The notes beneath the pieces are model-generated. The model did no database searches. It saw nothing but the letters and a program-made list of their open reading frames with translations, and had not been told where the DNA came from. Both the position numbers and the translations under genes were made by a program. From a virus, in the IMG/VR virus record IMGVR_UViG_3300035041_000007, positions 14,284-78,283 of that record: a stretch of DNA of 64,000 nucleotides, one strand, 5' to 3'. This document shows positions 20,226 to 29,237 of this stretch, piece after piece (the first letter of the stretch is position 1; every line of letters begins with the position of its first letter).

Positions 20226-22223
20226 TTATGCTACACCCTTATACTGAAGTGCATATTTAGCGGCGGCACCGTCAATAATGTCGATGAAGCCCATACGCTG
20301 TGAAGCTACGAGAACGCGGCGCTGGTTAGAAACTTCGTAGTCGCTCTCTACAGTCATTCCACGAAGACGAGGAATAACAAAGTTACGAGTGTTAACTGCT
20401 ACAGCGTTGAACTTATCAGCTGCTTTAGCGGCGAACTCGTCACAAACTACAACGTTAGAACCAAATACACTACCTACCCGACCAGTTAGCTTAGTAGCCA
20501 TGTTCTGGCCAACAAGGTTAGCATCCTGGAACTCAGCGTCATCGATCAGGTTGTAGTAAGCTTCCTGAGAAACAATATAAACTACGTCTTCAGGACGCAG
20601 ACCATACTTACCCATATTCTTACGCAGGTTAAATAGGTCAGCAGTAGTAACTACGTCATCCATAGTAAAACCAGTAGCCGCAGGTTGGATAGTCTGCAAA
20701 TCATCAGTAGCCATTTTTACCAGGCCGTCGAAAGATGCCCCAGCAGTACCGAATGCACCATCTGCATGATTACCAAGAAGGATAGCATTCTCGATAGCGC
20801 GAGCATGTGAACGAATCATGGACTCGCGAATCAGAGGCAGAATAGGCAGAATTGCATCCTCTTCAGTCTCATTACCAAGGTAAGAAACGGACATAAGCTT
20901 CTTAGTAGAAACTGTGCGCTCTTGCAGGGTAATACCAGCATTGTCGCCATAAGCAGCAGAACGCTCGTCCAAGTTACCAGTAGGCGCAGTTGCTGAAGTA
21001 GTCTGTGTAGACACAAACTCGGCATAGCCAGCATCCGGCAGGATAGGCATAATCATGGTAGCTGAAGTCATCGACAGTTCGCGGAACATAGGAGCAAGAA
21101 TCAGCTCATTCTGAATGTCACGCTCGATCTTAGTAGATACGATCTGCTCAAAGTCTTCACTAGAAACCTGAACACCAGACATAGTATTTACCTTCTCTAC
21201 CATATCTTTAGCGTGCTTAGTATTCCAGCCTTTACCAGTAGCGAGACCAAGTACAAAAGTATCAGTCAGCTCTTCTTCGTGGTTTTTCTTCCAATCGCCG
21301 CCTTCGCTACGATCAGCGAAATGACGCTTAGACTCGCGCATTTTAGTAATCTCTTCAGACTTGCTAGAAAGCTCGTCTTGTAGCTCTGCAACAATACTCT
21401 CAAGCGCTTCGTTTTTCTCACTAAAACGCTTCTCAATATCTTCCATGAGTTTCTCAGCAGAGGTTTTAACCTTTACATCAAACTCTTTCTGAGCTTTTTC
21501 AGCCTCAGCAGCAGCTTTTGCATCTTCAGCAGCCTTAGCACTCTGTGCTTCAGTGATAGCAGAAGCAGTCTTAGCTGCTACGTCATCCATAAGTTTCTGT
21601 AGTTCTTTGGGATCCATTTCGTTTTTCTCCTTTGAATGTGACTTATTGTCACTGTCTGCCGAATCTACAGCTGAATCTTGAGCATTTACTGAATCTTCAG
21701 CTGGTTGCTCGGCTGTGTCGACAATGTCGTTAATAAATTTCTTGTACTCTTCACTAGAGTCAAAAGATTTAGATACTGAGAATACAGCATCCTGATTGCA
21801 CGGTACTGAGACTACTGATACTTCGTAAAGTTCAGCTTCTTTAATTACAAACAAGTCTGAAGCAGAATCGTAATCTGCATCTTTTACCATAAAGCCTACA
21901 GAAAAGGCTTTCAGTACATCATCTTCGATAAGGTCAGCTACATTATCAGCAGCCTTTCTAGAAATTTCACCTTCAATCTCTAGTCCCTTATCAGTGATTT
22001 CGATGCTAGTAGTGCGACCAATCGGCTTATCATAGTTATGGTTAAAAAGTAGAATTGGATTCTTTTGGTAATCCGCTATACCTTTGCTCCAAGCCTCTGG
22101 TAGTATTACGTCTCCAGCGCGGTCAGTATTATTAGTACTAGCATAACCTTTGATCTTTACTTTGTCCTTACCAACTTCTTTTTTAGTTAGCTGGGTTTTA
22201 ATAAAGAGCTTCTTATTCAGCAT
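20226..22223 (-). CDS. HK97-type prohead protease fused in frame to major capsid protein (internal start at 21617)
   Basis: N-terminal IKGYAST..DRAGD, LKAFSVGF, ELYEVSVVSVPCN; C-terminal HK97 capsid fold; internal AAGGAG + ATG. Confidence 0.92.
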   Translation of the reverse strand: MLNKKLFIKTQLTKKEVGKDKVKIKGYASTNNTDRAGDVILPEAWSKGIADYQKNPILLFNHNYDKPIGRTTSIEITDKGLEIEGEISRKAADNVADLIEDDVLKAFSVGFMVKDADYDSASDLFVIKEAELYEVSVVSVPCNQDAVFSVSKSFDSSEEYKKFINDIVDTAEQPAEDSVNAQDSAVDSADSDNKSHSKEKNEMDPKELQKLMDDVAAKTASAITEAQSAKAAEDAKAAAEAEKAQKEFDVKVKTSAEKLMEDIEKRFSEKNEALESIVAELQDELSSKSEEITKMRESKRHFADRSEGGDWKKNHEEELTDTFVLGLATGKGWNTKHAKDMVEKVNTMSGVQVSSEDFEQIVSTKIERDIQNELILAPMFRELSMTSATMIMPILPDAGYAEFVSTQTTSATAPTGNLDERSAAYGDNAGITLQERTVSTKKLMSVSYLGNETEEDAILPILPLIRESMIRSHARAIENAILLGNHADGAFGTAGASFDGLVKMATDDLQTIQPAATGFTMDDVVTTADLFNLRKNMGKYGLRPEDVVYIVSQEAYYNLIDDAEFQDANLVGQNMATKLTGRVGSVFGSNVVVCDEFAAKAADKFNAVAVNTRNFVIPRLRGMTVESDYEVSNQRRVLVASQRMGFIDIIDGAAAKYALQYKGVA

Positions 22224-22482
22224 TATCCTTCTCCTTTATAGCTGCAAAGTTAGGTTTAGGACGCTCAGTCTCTTTCGCTTGAACTTTACCGATTTTTTCA
22301 TATTTTTCGGGAAAGTTATAACTAATCAAACGATCGAGACGCGACCATGAACCAATAGTCCTAGTGACTACTGCAGCCCGTATCGGAGTGTCATCACGTT
22401 TTACATACTCACGTTTATCGAGAATTTCTCCAATCTCAATAAAGTAGTCTGTAAGTTGTTCCAATACACGTTTCCTTGTCAT
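22213..22482 (-). CDS. Hypothetical protein between portal and protease
   Basis: 89 aa, translationally coupled on both sides. Confidence 0.65.
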   Translation of the reverse strand: MTRKRVLEQLTDYFIEIGEILDKREYVKRDDTPIRAAVVTRTIGSWSRLDRLISYNFPEKYEKIGKVQAKETERPKPNFAAIKEKDNAE

Positions 22483-23702
22483 TCGTCATCTCCTTCGGCG
22501 GGTCTTCCGCCCTCGGCGGGTCTTCCACCCTCGGCGGGATTTGCCGCGCTGCCTGCTATATTTGCTGGAATCCTAATCTCATCGAGCCCATCAATTGGGT
22601 CTCTACCTAATTTCTCTCTTGCCTCATTAGGAGTAATTACACCACCGTTTACTAATGAAGTAAGGTACCCAGATTGATCGCTAAGAGTAGGCTGCAAGGC
22701 AGGAGTGTTTGTAGCATCCTCATGCACTTCGTAGCCAAAGAACCTTGACAGACCTTCATTAATCTTACGTACAATAGGAAGTACAGTTTCTAGATAGTAA
22801 AGTTTGTGGTTAGGTGCAATATTAGCATTATTTCCCCCATCAAACAAAATAGGTGGCACACCTAAAGCTTTAAGTATAGTCTTTTCACAATCTGAACAAG
22901 CACTTTGAAAATCTAACTCTTTAAAATTTACATTTGATACAGAGTCAATCTCTAATCCACCATCTAATATCATTGGAGAACGTCCACCACTTTCTGGACG
23001 ATAACGTAATCTCCAGCTTTGTAGCAAACGTTCTTTTATTTTCTCACTAAGAGAATCTGGGCTCTTTAGTACTAACCCTGGCACAGCTCCATTATTAAAG
23101 AAATTCTTCTGAAACTTGCGTAGCTTAAGTAACAAATCCATAGTATCCGAAGCGGCTTTAAGCCTAGAAGTTCCTCGATATATTGATCTAAAAGAATTTT
23201 CTTTAATGTGGATTATTTCGTCAGGAGCATAGTCAATAAGGCCAGAATAACTATAGTGGCTAACAAATGTTCGTTCATCAGTATGAATGGATATCTTATC
23301 CGCGGGGAGGTGGTACAAATGAGCCCCGTCCCAGTAGATAAACATATTACCGTCAACTAGTAAATCTACAATTAAATTTCTTTTAAAAGTACTAACATCC
23401 TGGAATGGGTTAGGTTCATACTTTAGTACTCGCTCTACAGTATTCTTTCTAACCCCCTTTACAACAGGGCTTACACCTTTTTGCTGATTGCCGATAGCAC
23501 AGGGTAAATCTGCAGAATCGTCAACAATCATATTAATCGCACGATTTACTATTTCAATAGATTCGTACTGATTACGATAATTAGTAGGAGAGGCATGAGA
23601 ATAAATCTCACTACCTTCTCGTTGTCCGATTAGAGTTTGAGCTGGATTTAACTTTTCTTCAACTTCTTCAGTTTTGTTTTTTCTCCAGTTAAACAAGCCC
23701 AT
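22479..23702 (-). CDS. Portal protein (HK97 family)
   Basis: FFNNGAVPG, ILDGGL, LGVPP, TPNEARE; C-terminal PAEGGR repeat from an 18-bp tandem. Confidence 0.93.
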   Translation of the reverse strand: MGLFNWRKNKTEEVEEKLNPAQTLIGQREGSEIYSHASPTNYRNQYESIEIVNRAINMIVDDSADLPCAIGNQQKGVSPVVKGVRKNTVERVLKYEPNPFQDVSTFKRNLIVDLLVDGNMFIYWDGAHLYHLPADKISIHTDERTFVSHYSYSGLIDYAPDEIIHIKENSFRSIYRGTSRLKAASDTMDLLLKLRKFQKNFFNNGAVPGLVLKSPDSLSEKIKERLLQSWRLRYRPESGGRSPMILDGGLEIDSVSNVNFKELDFQSACSDCEKTILKALGVPPILFDGGNNANIAPNHKLYYLETVLPIVRKINEGLSRFFGYEVHEDATNTPALQPTLSDQSGYLTSLVNGGVITPNEAREKLGRDPIDGLDEIRIPANIAGSAANPAEGGRPAEGGRPAEGDDE

Positions 23703-24063
23703 TTTTAATCCTTTGTTTTTCTACCCAGCGTTCCTGCTTTGTAGCAGTACCAAGCCCAGGCTTCTGCCCATATACTTTATGCAATCTACTGTGACAGCTT
23801 TTACACAAAGTAACAGTTTTATTATAGATTTGATCGTAATGCTCTTCAATAAAACGATCTCGATGTTCTACGATATCTGAAGGATTGATCTTCTCCTTAC
23901 GCAACCATCGGTCTAACATTGCAGTCATACTTGTATAGTGATGAAACTCTAATTCTTCAGTAGCTCCACACATTCTACAAACAGAATCTTTCGTGTAAGC
24001 TGACTTAGCTCGATCACGCACATACTTAACTGCATCTCTTTTTAGATTTGACATTTCAACCAC
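23689..24063 (-). CDS. HNH endonuclease (T5 nicking-endonuclease position)
   Basis: CRMCG...LEFHH...TLCKSCHSRLH; between terminase and portal as in T5. Confidence 0.8.
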   Translation of the reverse strand: MVEMSNLKRDAVKYVRDRAKSAYTKDSVCRMCGATEELEFHHYTSMTAMLDRWLRKEKINPSDIVEHRDRFIEEHYDQIYNKTVTLCKSCHSRLHKVYGQKPGLGTATKQERWVEKQRIKNGLV

Positions 24064-24110
24064 CTATAGAAATGATACCATCACTACCATATCAAGTCAA
24101 CAATAATTTT

Positions 24111-25829
24111 TTATTGGGATGTAAATTCTTTAACGAATACGTAATTTCCACAATCAAAGTATCTTAGATACCCATTATCTAGCATATTTTCTACTTCTGT
24201 CTTAGACTCGTCAAAGTTATCTAAAAGATTGGGGAGCTTGTGTTTTTGAAATTTATATCTGGGAAAAACTTTACCACTCTTATAATAGAAGTAATTGGGC
24301 TTAGATTTGTGAGACTCAGTAAAACCTAATTGCAAGTATAGGCCTCCTGAACCCCATCTGCGATCACAATAGCTTATTATAGAGGTTGGTTTATACTTTC
24401 TCTCAAAGTATTTTAAAAGTCTAGACGCCCCACCTACTATAGTAGTATTTAATTCACTACTATACCTGATAAGTTCCCATTGGTATTTACTGTTAAATCT
24501 AGGCTTTGCAAAAGACATTACCGCTACTATTTCTTCGTAGTACTCTAAGCCTATGAAAACTGAAGCATTACAAAAACCTTGAGTATGGGTTTCTTCTAGA
24601 AAGTTGTGTGCTTGTGCAGCAGATAACTCTACAATTTTGCAGTCTCTAGCATATAATCTCTCTGATTTACCTAAAGCATTTAGTATTCTAGACTTAACAA
24701 TGGGCTGTTTTGTTTTCCACTCATTTTCCATTACATGTATTAGAGAAATTCCTAACTTACTACAAGCATCGGTTTTTTCTAATAAGTTATATTTGGTTTT
24801 GTTTAACGATTCTGAGTGCCAACACTCACCGTTATACTCAATTGCTAAGGCTTTATCTGGGATATAGATATCTAATTCTTTAGGCTTTAAAATAGCCCTG
24901 TCAGAAGTTTTAATTTCTCCAGAATAATGCTCTTTTATAAATTCTAATACTTCTAGTTCACCAGAGGAAATAGAGTTTGATTCATACTCTAAACCTGCCG
25001 CTTCTAAAGCATTGGCCCAGCTCCCAAAATGCCTTTGATATGTAGAACCTCCAAATATTTTGTTATCTGGATTCTTTAAATTCCAGTCAATAATATCTTG
25101 CATAACTGGAGTTCGGGACAGACTATTAGCTAATTCTTTAAGCCTATCTAGTAGGTCTTGCTTACTTACTCGATACTCAAACCCAGCTAAGCTAAGAGCC
25201 TTTTTATAACTACCAAATTTCCTCATTAGCGTAGAAGGTGCTGGGGTAAGGGAGGATTTATTACACTCGGCAAATGTAGGTGCTCTTCCCAACTCTTTAC
25301 CTAAAGCTGCTAAGCCAGCTAGTGCATCCCCTTTAAAAATTTCCCTTCTACTAAATCCAGGGACCTCAGCCAGTTCTCTAGCTCTTTCTATAGAGCCGAA
25401 ACGCCTGGTATAAACAGTATAACTAGAAATAAATCCGCAAGACTGCATATCTTGAGCTGAAGGAGTTTTACCTAGTTGTGAGTATAGCCGTTTTAAATCA
25501 TCTAATAACTCTTCATCAGTCTTAGTATTAGTTAAGCTATTAAACCCAGCAGCTTCTTTAGCTTTTACCCATGTGCCAAATAACTTTCTACACGCCTTAG
25601 TATTTACCCCTAGCTTATGTGCCTCAGTTTCACTAACATTTCCAATTTCTTTAATTTTAGATAGATGATATTCTTTTAAGATATCGTCTAAAGGGACTTT
25701 ATTAACCGCTTTAGTCCAGTTTCCGTATTCTTTTCTTGCAGCTTTAATTAGCTCTTTACTGGCATCCTTCTGCGTGGGGCGTTTACCTAGCACTACAACT
25801 AAATCTGAAATCTCTTTAATTACGTTCAT
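24111..25829 (-). CDS. Free-standing Hef-like homing endonuclease with homing-endonuclease-associated repeats
   Basis: Several ..LGxTP...Y.R.FGSW..A...AG repeats; ELDIYIP..ALAIEYNGExWH nuclease motif; ELIRY..GGASRL..SYCDRRW C-terminus. Confidence 0.8.
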   Translation of the reverse strand: MNVIKEISDLVVVLGKRPTQKDASKELIKAARKEYGNWTKAVNKVPLDDILKEYHLSKIKEIGNVSETEAHKLGVNTKACRKLFGTWVKAKEAAGFNSLTNTKTDEELLDDLKRLYSQLGKTPSAQDMQSCGFISSYTVYTRRFGSIERARELAEVPGFSRREIFKGDALAGLAALGKELGRAPTFAECNKSSLTPAPSTLMRKFGSYKKALSLAGFEYRVSKQDLLDRLKELANSLSRTPVMQDIIDWNLKNPDNKIFGGSTYQRHFGSWANALEAAGLEYESNSISSGELEVLEFIKEHYSGEIKTSDRAILKPKELDIYIPDKALAIEYNGECWHSESLNKTKYNLLEKTDACSKLGISLIHVMENEWKTKQPIVKSRILNALGKSERLYARDCKIVELSAAQAHNFLEETHTQGFCNASVFIGLEYYEEIVAVMSFAKPRFNSKYQWELIRYSSELNTTIVGGASRLLKYFERKYKPTSIISYCDRRWGSGGLYLQLGFTESHKSKPNYFYYKSGKVFPRYKFQKHKLPNLLDNFDESKTEVENMLDNGYLRYFDCGNYVFVKEFTSQ

Positions 25830-25852
25830 TTATTATCTCCTTTTTGACTACC

Positions 25853-25881
25853 ATTATATAATAACTCAGTCAAAAAGTCAA
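25853..25881 (-). promoter_or_regulatory. Dedicated promoter of the homing endonuclease, overlapping a 10-bp inverted repeat
   Basis: TTGACT-17 nt-TATAAT; arms at 25840-25849 and 25868-25877. Confidence 0.8.
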
Positions 25882-25903
25882 GTCTTATTTTTCAGTCTCT
25901 AAA

Positions 25904-25954
25904 CTGTAATTATCAGAACACTGTAATTATCAGAACACTGTAATTATCAGAACA
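25904..25954. repeat. 3 x 17-bp tandem repeat (CTGTAATTATCAGAACA) overlapping the terL stop codon
   Basis: Copies at 25904, 25921 and 25938. Confidence 0.95.
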
Positions 25955-27251
25955 CGCCTACGCCCGAAGTGGCGTAACTGTAGAGTGCGTATCTAATGGC
26001 ATCAGCCATATGTGATGCGTCGTTATGTACAGGTTTTTCTTTAGTTAGTCCAGGTCTAGCATCCCACACATATTGGTCAATTGATTCTAAGCTATGTAAA
26101 CAATCTGCATTAACTAATAATCTACCAGTGTCAATAATACTACCAACATGAGCAATACCATCTAATATCGATTTCTTTGCATTAGTACAGCTAATATCAT
26201 AAAGTTGCGCAAGGTCAAACTTCGTTTGAGCTGCCGCAGAGTCTATGTAGACAAAGTCAACATCCCATTTGTTTAATCGCTCTTTAATACAAGCAGCATG
26301 TGCCGCTGTTGTCTTCTCAGCATCTTTATATTCATCTACCAGGTAATAGATATCATTAATATCATCATAAGCAAATACAGCTAAAGCTGTTGAATCCTTA
26401 AACCCAATATCTAAGCCAGCGATCTTATCCATCTTAGAAAAGTCAACATCAGGAAATTCAGTTACAATGTTATCCTGAGGTAATTGCCATATCTGGCCTT
26501 CAAAAGTAGTAAAACTAGCAAGGTACTCTTGCTCGAATTCCTGTTTAGACATTGTAGCGCGTGCTTCAGCTATATCTTCCTCTGATACTCGCGGATTTTC
26601 GCGATAATCGGAATGTATAGAAGCCCAAGCAGGATAATCTGAACTGAAGCCACGTTGGAAGAACTTACTAAACCAGTTATTTTTACCACGAGGAGTAGAA
26701 ATAAAAATAGCTTTTGAGTTCTCTTTATCTAAAGTTGGGCGCAATGCGATGTTGAAGGCATCTTCACCGGCATTAGTTAACGCAGCCTCGTCGAAGAGTA
26801 TGAGGTCATACGACCTACCAACACAACTATCAACCTGTGAAATGGAACCCATTCTAATAGAAGAACCGTTTGATAAAGTAATGACCCTATCCTTAACGTT
26901 ATTCTTAGCTACCTCTAAATCAAATTGATTTATCAACGATCGTTGTAATTCAAAAGAAATTTGAGATAAGCTATAGTTAGGAGACATAATTAAAACAGAT
27001 GCATTTGGTATCAATGCTACACACTGTGCTATTACATTTGCTATAAATGTCTTTCCTGTTCGTCGTGATAATGCTGCACAAACAAAACGGTACTTAGGAT
27101 TATTAATTGCATTGATAACAGCAATCTGGGGAGGGATAGGATCAATTCCCATTAATTCTAAGTATCCATCGATAGGAACTCGCATATAGCTACGAGCCCC
27201 ATAATCTACAATCCTATCTGTTATTACATCTTCTCTACTTACTGAAAGCAT
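25947..27251 (-). CDS. terL: Terminase large subunit
   Basis: Walker A SRRTGKT, Walker B LILFDEA, ISTPRG, nuclease GLDIG...DAIRYA. Confidence 0.95.
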   Translation of the reverse strand: MLSVSREDVITDRIVDYGARSYMRVPIDGYLELMGIDPIPPQIAVINAINNPKYRFVCAALSRRTGKTFIANVIAQCVALIPNASVLIMSPNYSLSQISFELQRSLINQFDLEVAKNNVKDRVITLSNGSSIRMGSISQVDSCVGRSYDLILFDEAALTNAGEDAFNIALRPTLDKENSKAIFISTPRGKNNWFSKFFQRGFSSDYPAWASIHSDYRENPRVSEEDIAEARATMSKQEFEQEYLASFTTFEGQIWQLPQDNIVTEFPDVDFSKMDKIAGLDIGFKDSTALAVFAYDDINDIYYLVDEYKDAEKTTAAHAACIKERLNKWDVDFVYIDSAAAQTKFDLAQLYDISCTNAKKSILDGIAHVGSIIDTGRLLVNADCLHSLESIDQYVWDARPGLTKEKPVHNDASHMADAIRYALYSYATSGVGVF

Positions 27252-27530
27252 TTACTTAGCTCCTAAGAAGTAAACTACAACACTACCAACTACAGCAGAT
27301 ACTACAATCCAGAATAGTTTAATAAACCCACTAATTTTTAAAAAATTATCATTTGATTGTTTTTCAACCGCAGCTAAGCGTGCTAATACCTCTTTACAGT
27401 GATTTTCTAAAAATAAAACACGCTCGTCTAATCTAGCAACATTATGCAAGTATTCAGCTAAAACATCAAGTTTATTTTCTATTCTATCCAGGCGTCCGGA
27501 ATCTCCTCCTCGTCGTAAGTCATCTGACAT
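27252..27530 (-). CDS. Small coiled-coil protein with C-terminal TM helix (holin/hemolysin-like)
   Basis: RLDRIENKLD coiled coil, one hydrophobic C-terminal helix. Confidence 0.5.
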   Translation of the reverse strand: MSDDLRRGGDSGRLDRIENKLDVLAEYLHNVARLDERVLFLENHCKEVLARLAAVEKQSNDNFLKISGFIKLFWIVVSAVVGSVVVYFLGAK

Positions 27531-27639
27531 TCTTCCTCCTCTACTCCGACGTATTCTTCAGCCTCAGCTAGAGAATTAAATTTAATCCAACGTCCATTTT
27601 CATATATGCAGTAGCGTCCACGCTTTTCTAAAATTTCTG

Positions 27640-28077
27640 TCATTCTTTATTTCCTCCTAGTAGCTTATCCATCAGCTTTCCGTAATTACCACCATTAATC
27701 TGCACGTTGGTTTGATTTGCGATGGAGTGATTCTGTGCCTTCTGTTGCGCTGCAATTTCCTCCATTCTCATTTTATGTGCGAGGGTAATGACGGCGAGTA
27801 AATCTTTGCTAGTGTAAACTTCACTTTCACGACATTCCTCTAATTTACTCTCAATTATTTCGTCTACTAGAGCTCCAAGTTTAAACCTATTACGGTATCC
27901 ACGATCTAAGTAAACGGAATTAATATAGTTCTTTACCTCAGCTTTGTCTAGTAGCGCAGCGGCTTTCTCTACTGGCACACCCATTTCGTAAGCTGCGGCA
28001 TCAATTGAACCTAGGCTTAAATAGGCATTTGCCAGCTCCAGTCCCTCCGGGGATATTTTAAGTGCATTAGTGTCCAT
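27640..28077 (-). CDS. terS: Terminase small subunit (T5-like)
   Basis: ISPEGLELANAYL..., YLDRGYRNR, KDLL; directly upstream of terL operon. Confidence 0.8.
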   Translation of the reverse strand: MDTNALKISPEGLELANAYLSLGSIDAAAYEMGVPVEKAAALLDKAEVKNYINSVYLDRGYRNRFKLGALVDEIIESKLEECRESEVYTSKDLLAVITLAHKMRMEEIAAQQKAQNHSIANQTNVQINGGNYGKLMDKLLGGNKE

Positions 28078-28200
28078 ATGTTATATGTTACTATCATGGG
28101 GGCGATGTGTCAAGGATAAAAAATTTCATAGGTATTTGAAATTTTTCAAAAATTTTTTCGAAGCGTGGGTAGACTCGCCTAATTTGTAGGCAACATTCAG

Positions 28201-28470
28201 CCAAACATTAGCCATATGATAATTACTTCCAAACATTAGCCATATGATAATTACTGCCAAACATTAGCCATATGATAATTACTGCCAAACATTAGCCATA
28301 TGATAATTACTGCCAAACATTAGCCATATGATAATTACTGCCAAACATTAGCCATATGATAATTACTGCCAAACATTAGCCATATGATAATTACTGCCAA
28401 ACATTAGCCATATGATAATTACTGCCAAACATTAGCCATATGATAATTACTGCCAAACATTAGCCATATG
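28201..28470. repeat. Tandem array of 28-bp unit CCAAACATTAGCCATATGATAATTACTG (9 full + 1 partial copy)
   Basis: Unit starts every 28 nt from 28201 to 28453; one G>T variant in copy 1; no spacers. Confidence 0.97.
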
Positions 28471-28662
28471 CCGCGAAGCGGCGTATCTGCTGCATTTTGG
28501 CGCTTAATTAGACTTGAAAATACCTTGTGGGCCGCGTGCTGGAGTGTGCATGGGCGGGAACATTAGAAACGTCTAATAACCGCCCTACATTAGTCTGTTT
28601 TAATCTTGGTTCAGTCAACATTAGAATCCTTTAAGGTTTATAAACAACATTAAAATTTATTT

Positions 28663-28699
28663 AAAAAGCCCACGCCTGGATTATCGTGGGCTTAATTTT
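28663..28699. terminator. Terminator at the end of the leftward pre-early operon
   Basis: Stem AAGCCCACG/CGTGGGCTT with A/T tracts. Confidence 0.7.
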
Positions 28700-28709
28700 G
28701 GTTGCTAGA

Positions 28710-28928
28710 TTAAGATTGATTTACTATTTGGCTTGTTGCCTTGCGATTAAATAAACGACGCCAAATATAAGAACGTATTATGCTAACAACGGTATAAATA
28801 AGCGTTATGGTAACAGGTGAAAGGATGTTAAGAACGGGATATAAAGCCTTTGTTACCGTTAACGATACGATAAATCCGGAACCTGTATTTAGTAAAACTT
28901 CATTTATACTCGATTTTTTAGATTGCAT
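28710..28928 (-). CDS. Small membrane protein (common phage family)
   Basis: MQSKKSSINE..N..SG...SIIRSYIWRRLFN. Confidence 0.7.
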   Translation of the reverse strand: MQSKKSSINEVLLNTGSGFIVSLTVTKALYPVLNILSPVTITLIYTVVSIIRSYIWRRLFNRKATSQIVNQS

Positions 28929-28939
28929 TTTTTAATCCC

Positions 28940-29170
28940 CTAATAATCAATACCATAATAGTTATAATTTATCTCACACATTATGAAGTTTTTAATGTGA
29001 TAATTGCGTGCAAGTTTAGCATAATTCCATCCTAATTTTTTAACTTGCGATGTCTGCAACATTAGATAAATAAAATATCCTGCATAGGGCTTGTTATCGT
29101 CTAAACATTTGCGCCATGTTTTGAGCATAGTGCGCTCAGATATTTTAATATATTTATCATCGTCATTCAT
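28940..29170 (-). CDS. Hypothetical pre-early protein (start revised to ATG 29170)
   Basis: MNDDDKYIKISER..., in frame with the track ORF. Confidence 0.55.
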   Translation of the reverse strand: MNDDDKYIKISERTMLKTWRKCLDDNKPYAGYFIYLMLQTSQVKKLGWNYAKLARNYHIKNFIMCEINYNYYGIDY

Positions 29171-29237
29171 TTTCTTAACCTTTCCCTTGCCCTTGCAACG
29201 GTAACTACACATTGCAAGGGCAAGGTTAAAAACTCGT

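Noticed and set aside
25947-27251. Intein or intron in terL
   Set aside because: 434 aa, normal length, continuous motifs
28201-28470. 28-bp repeats as a CRISPR array
   Set aside because: Units are head-to-tail with no spacers, and no cas genes are present
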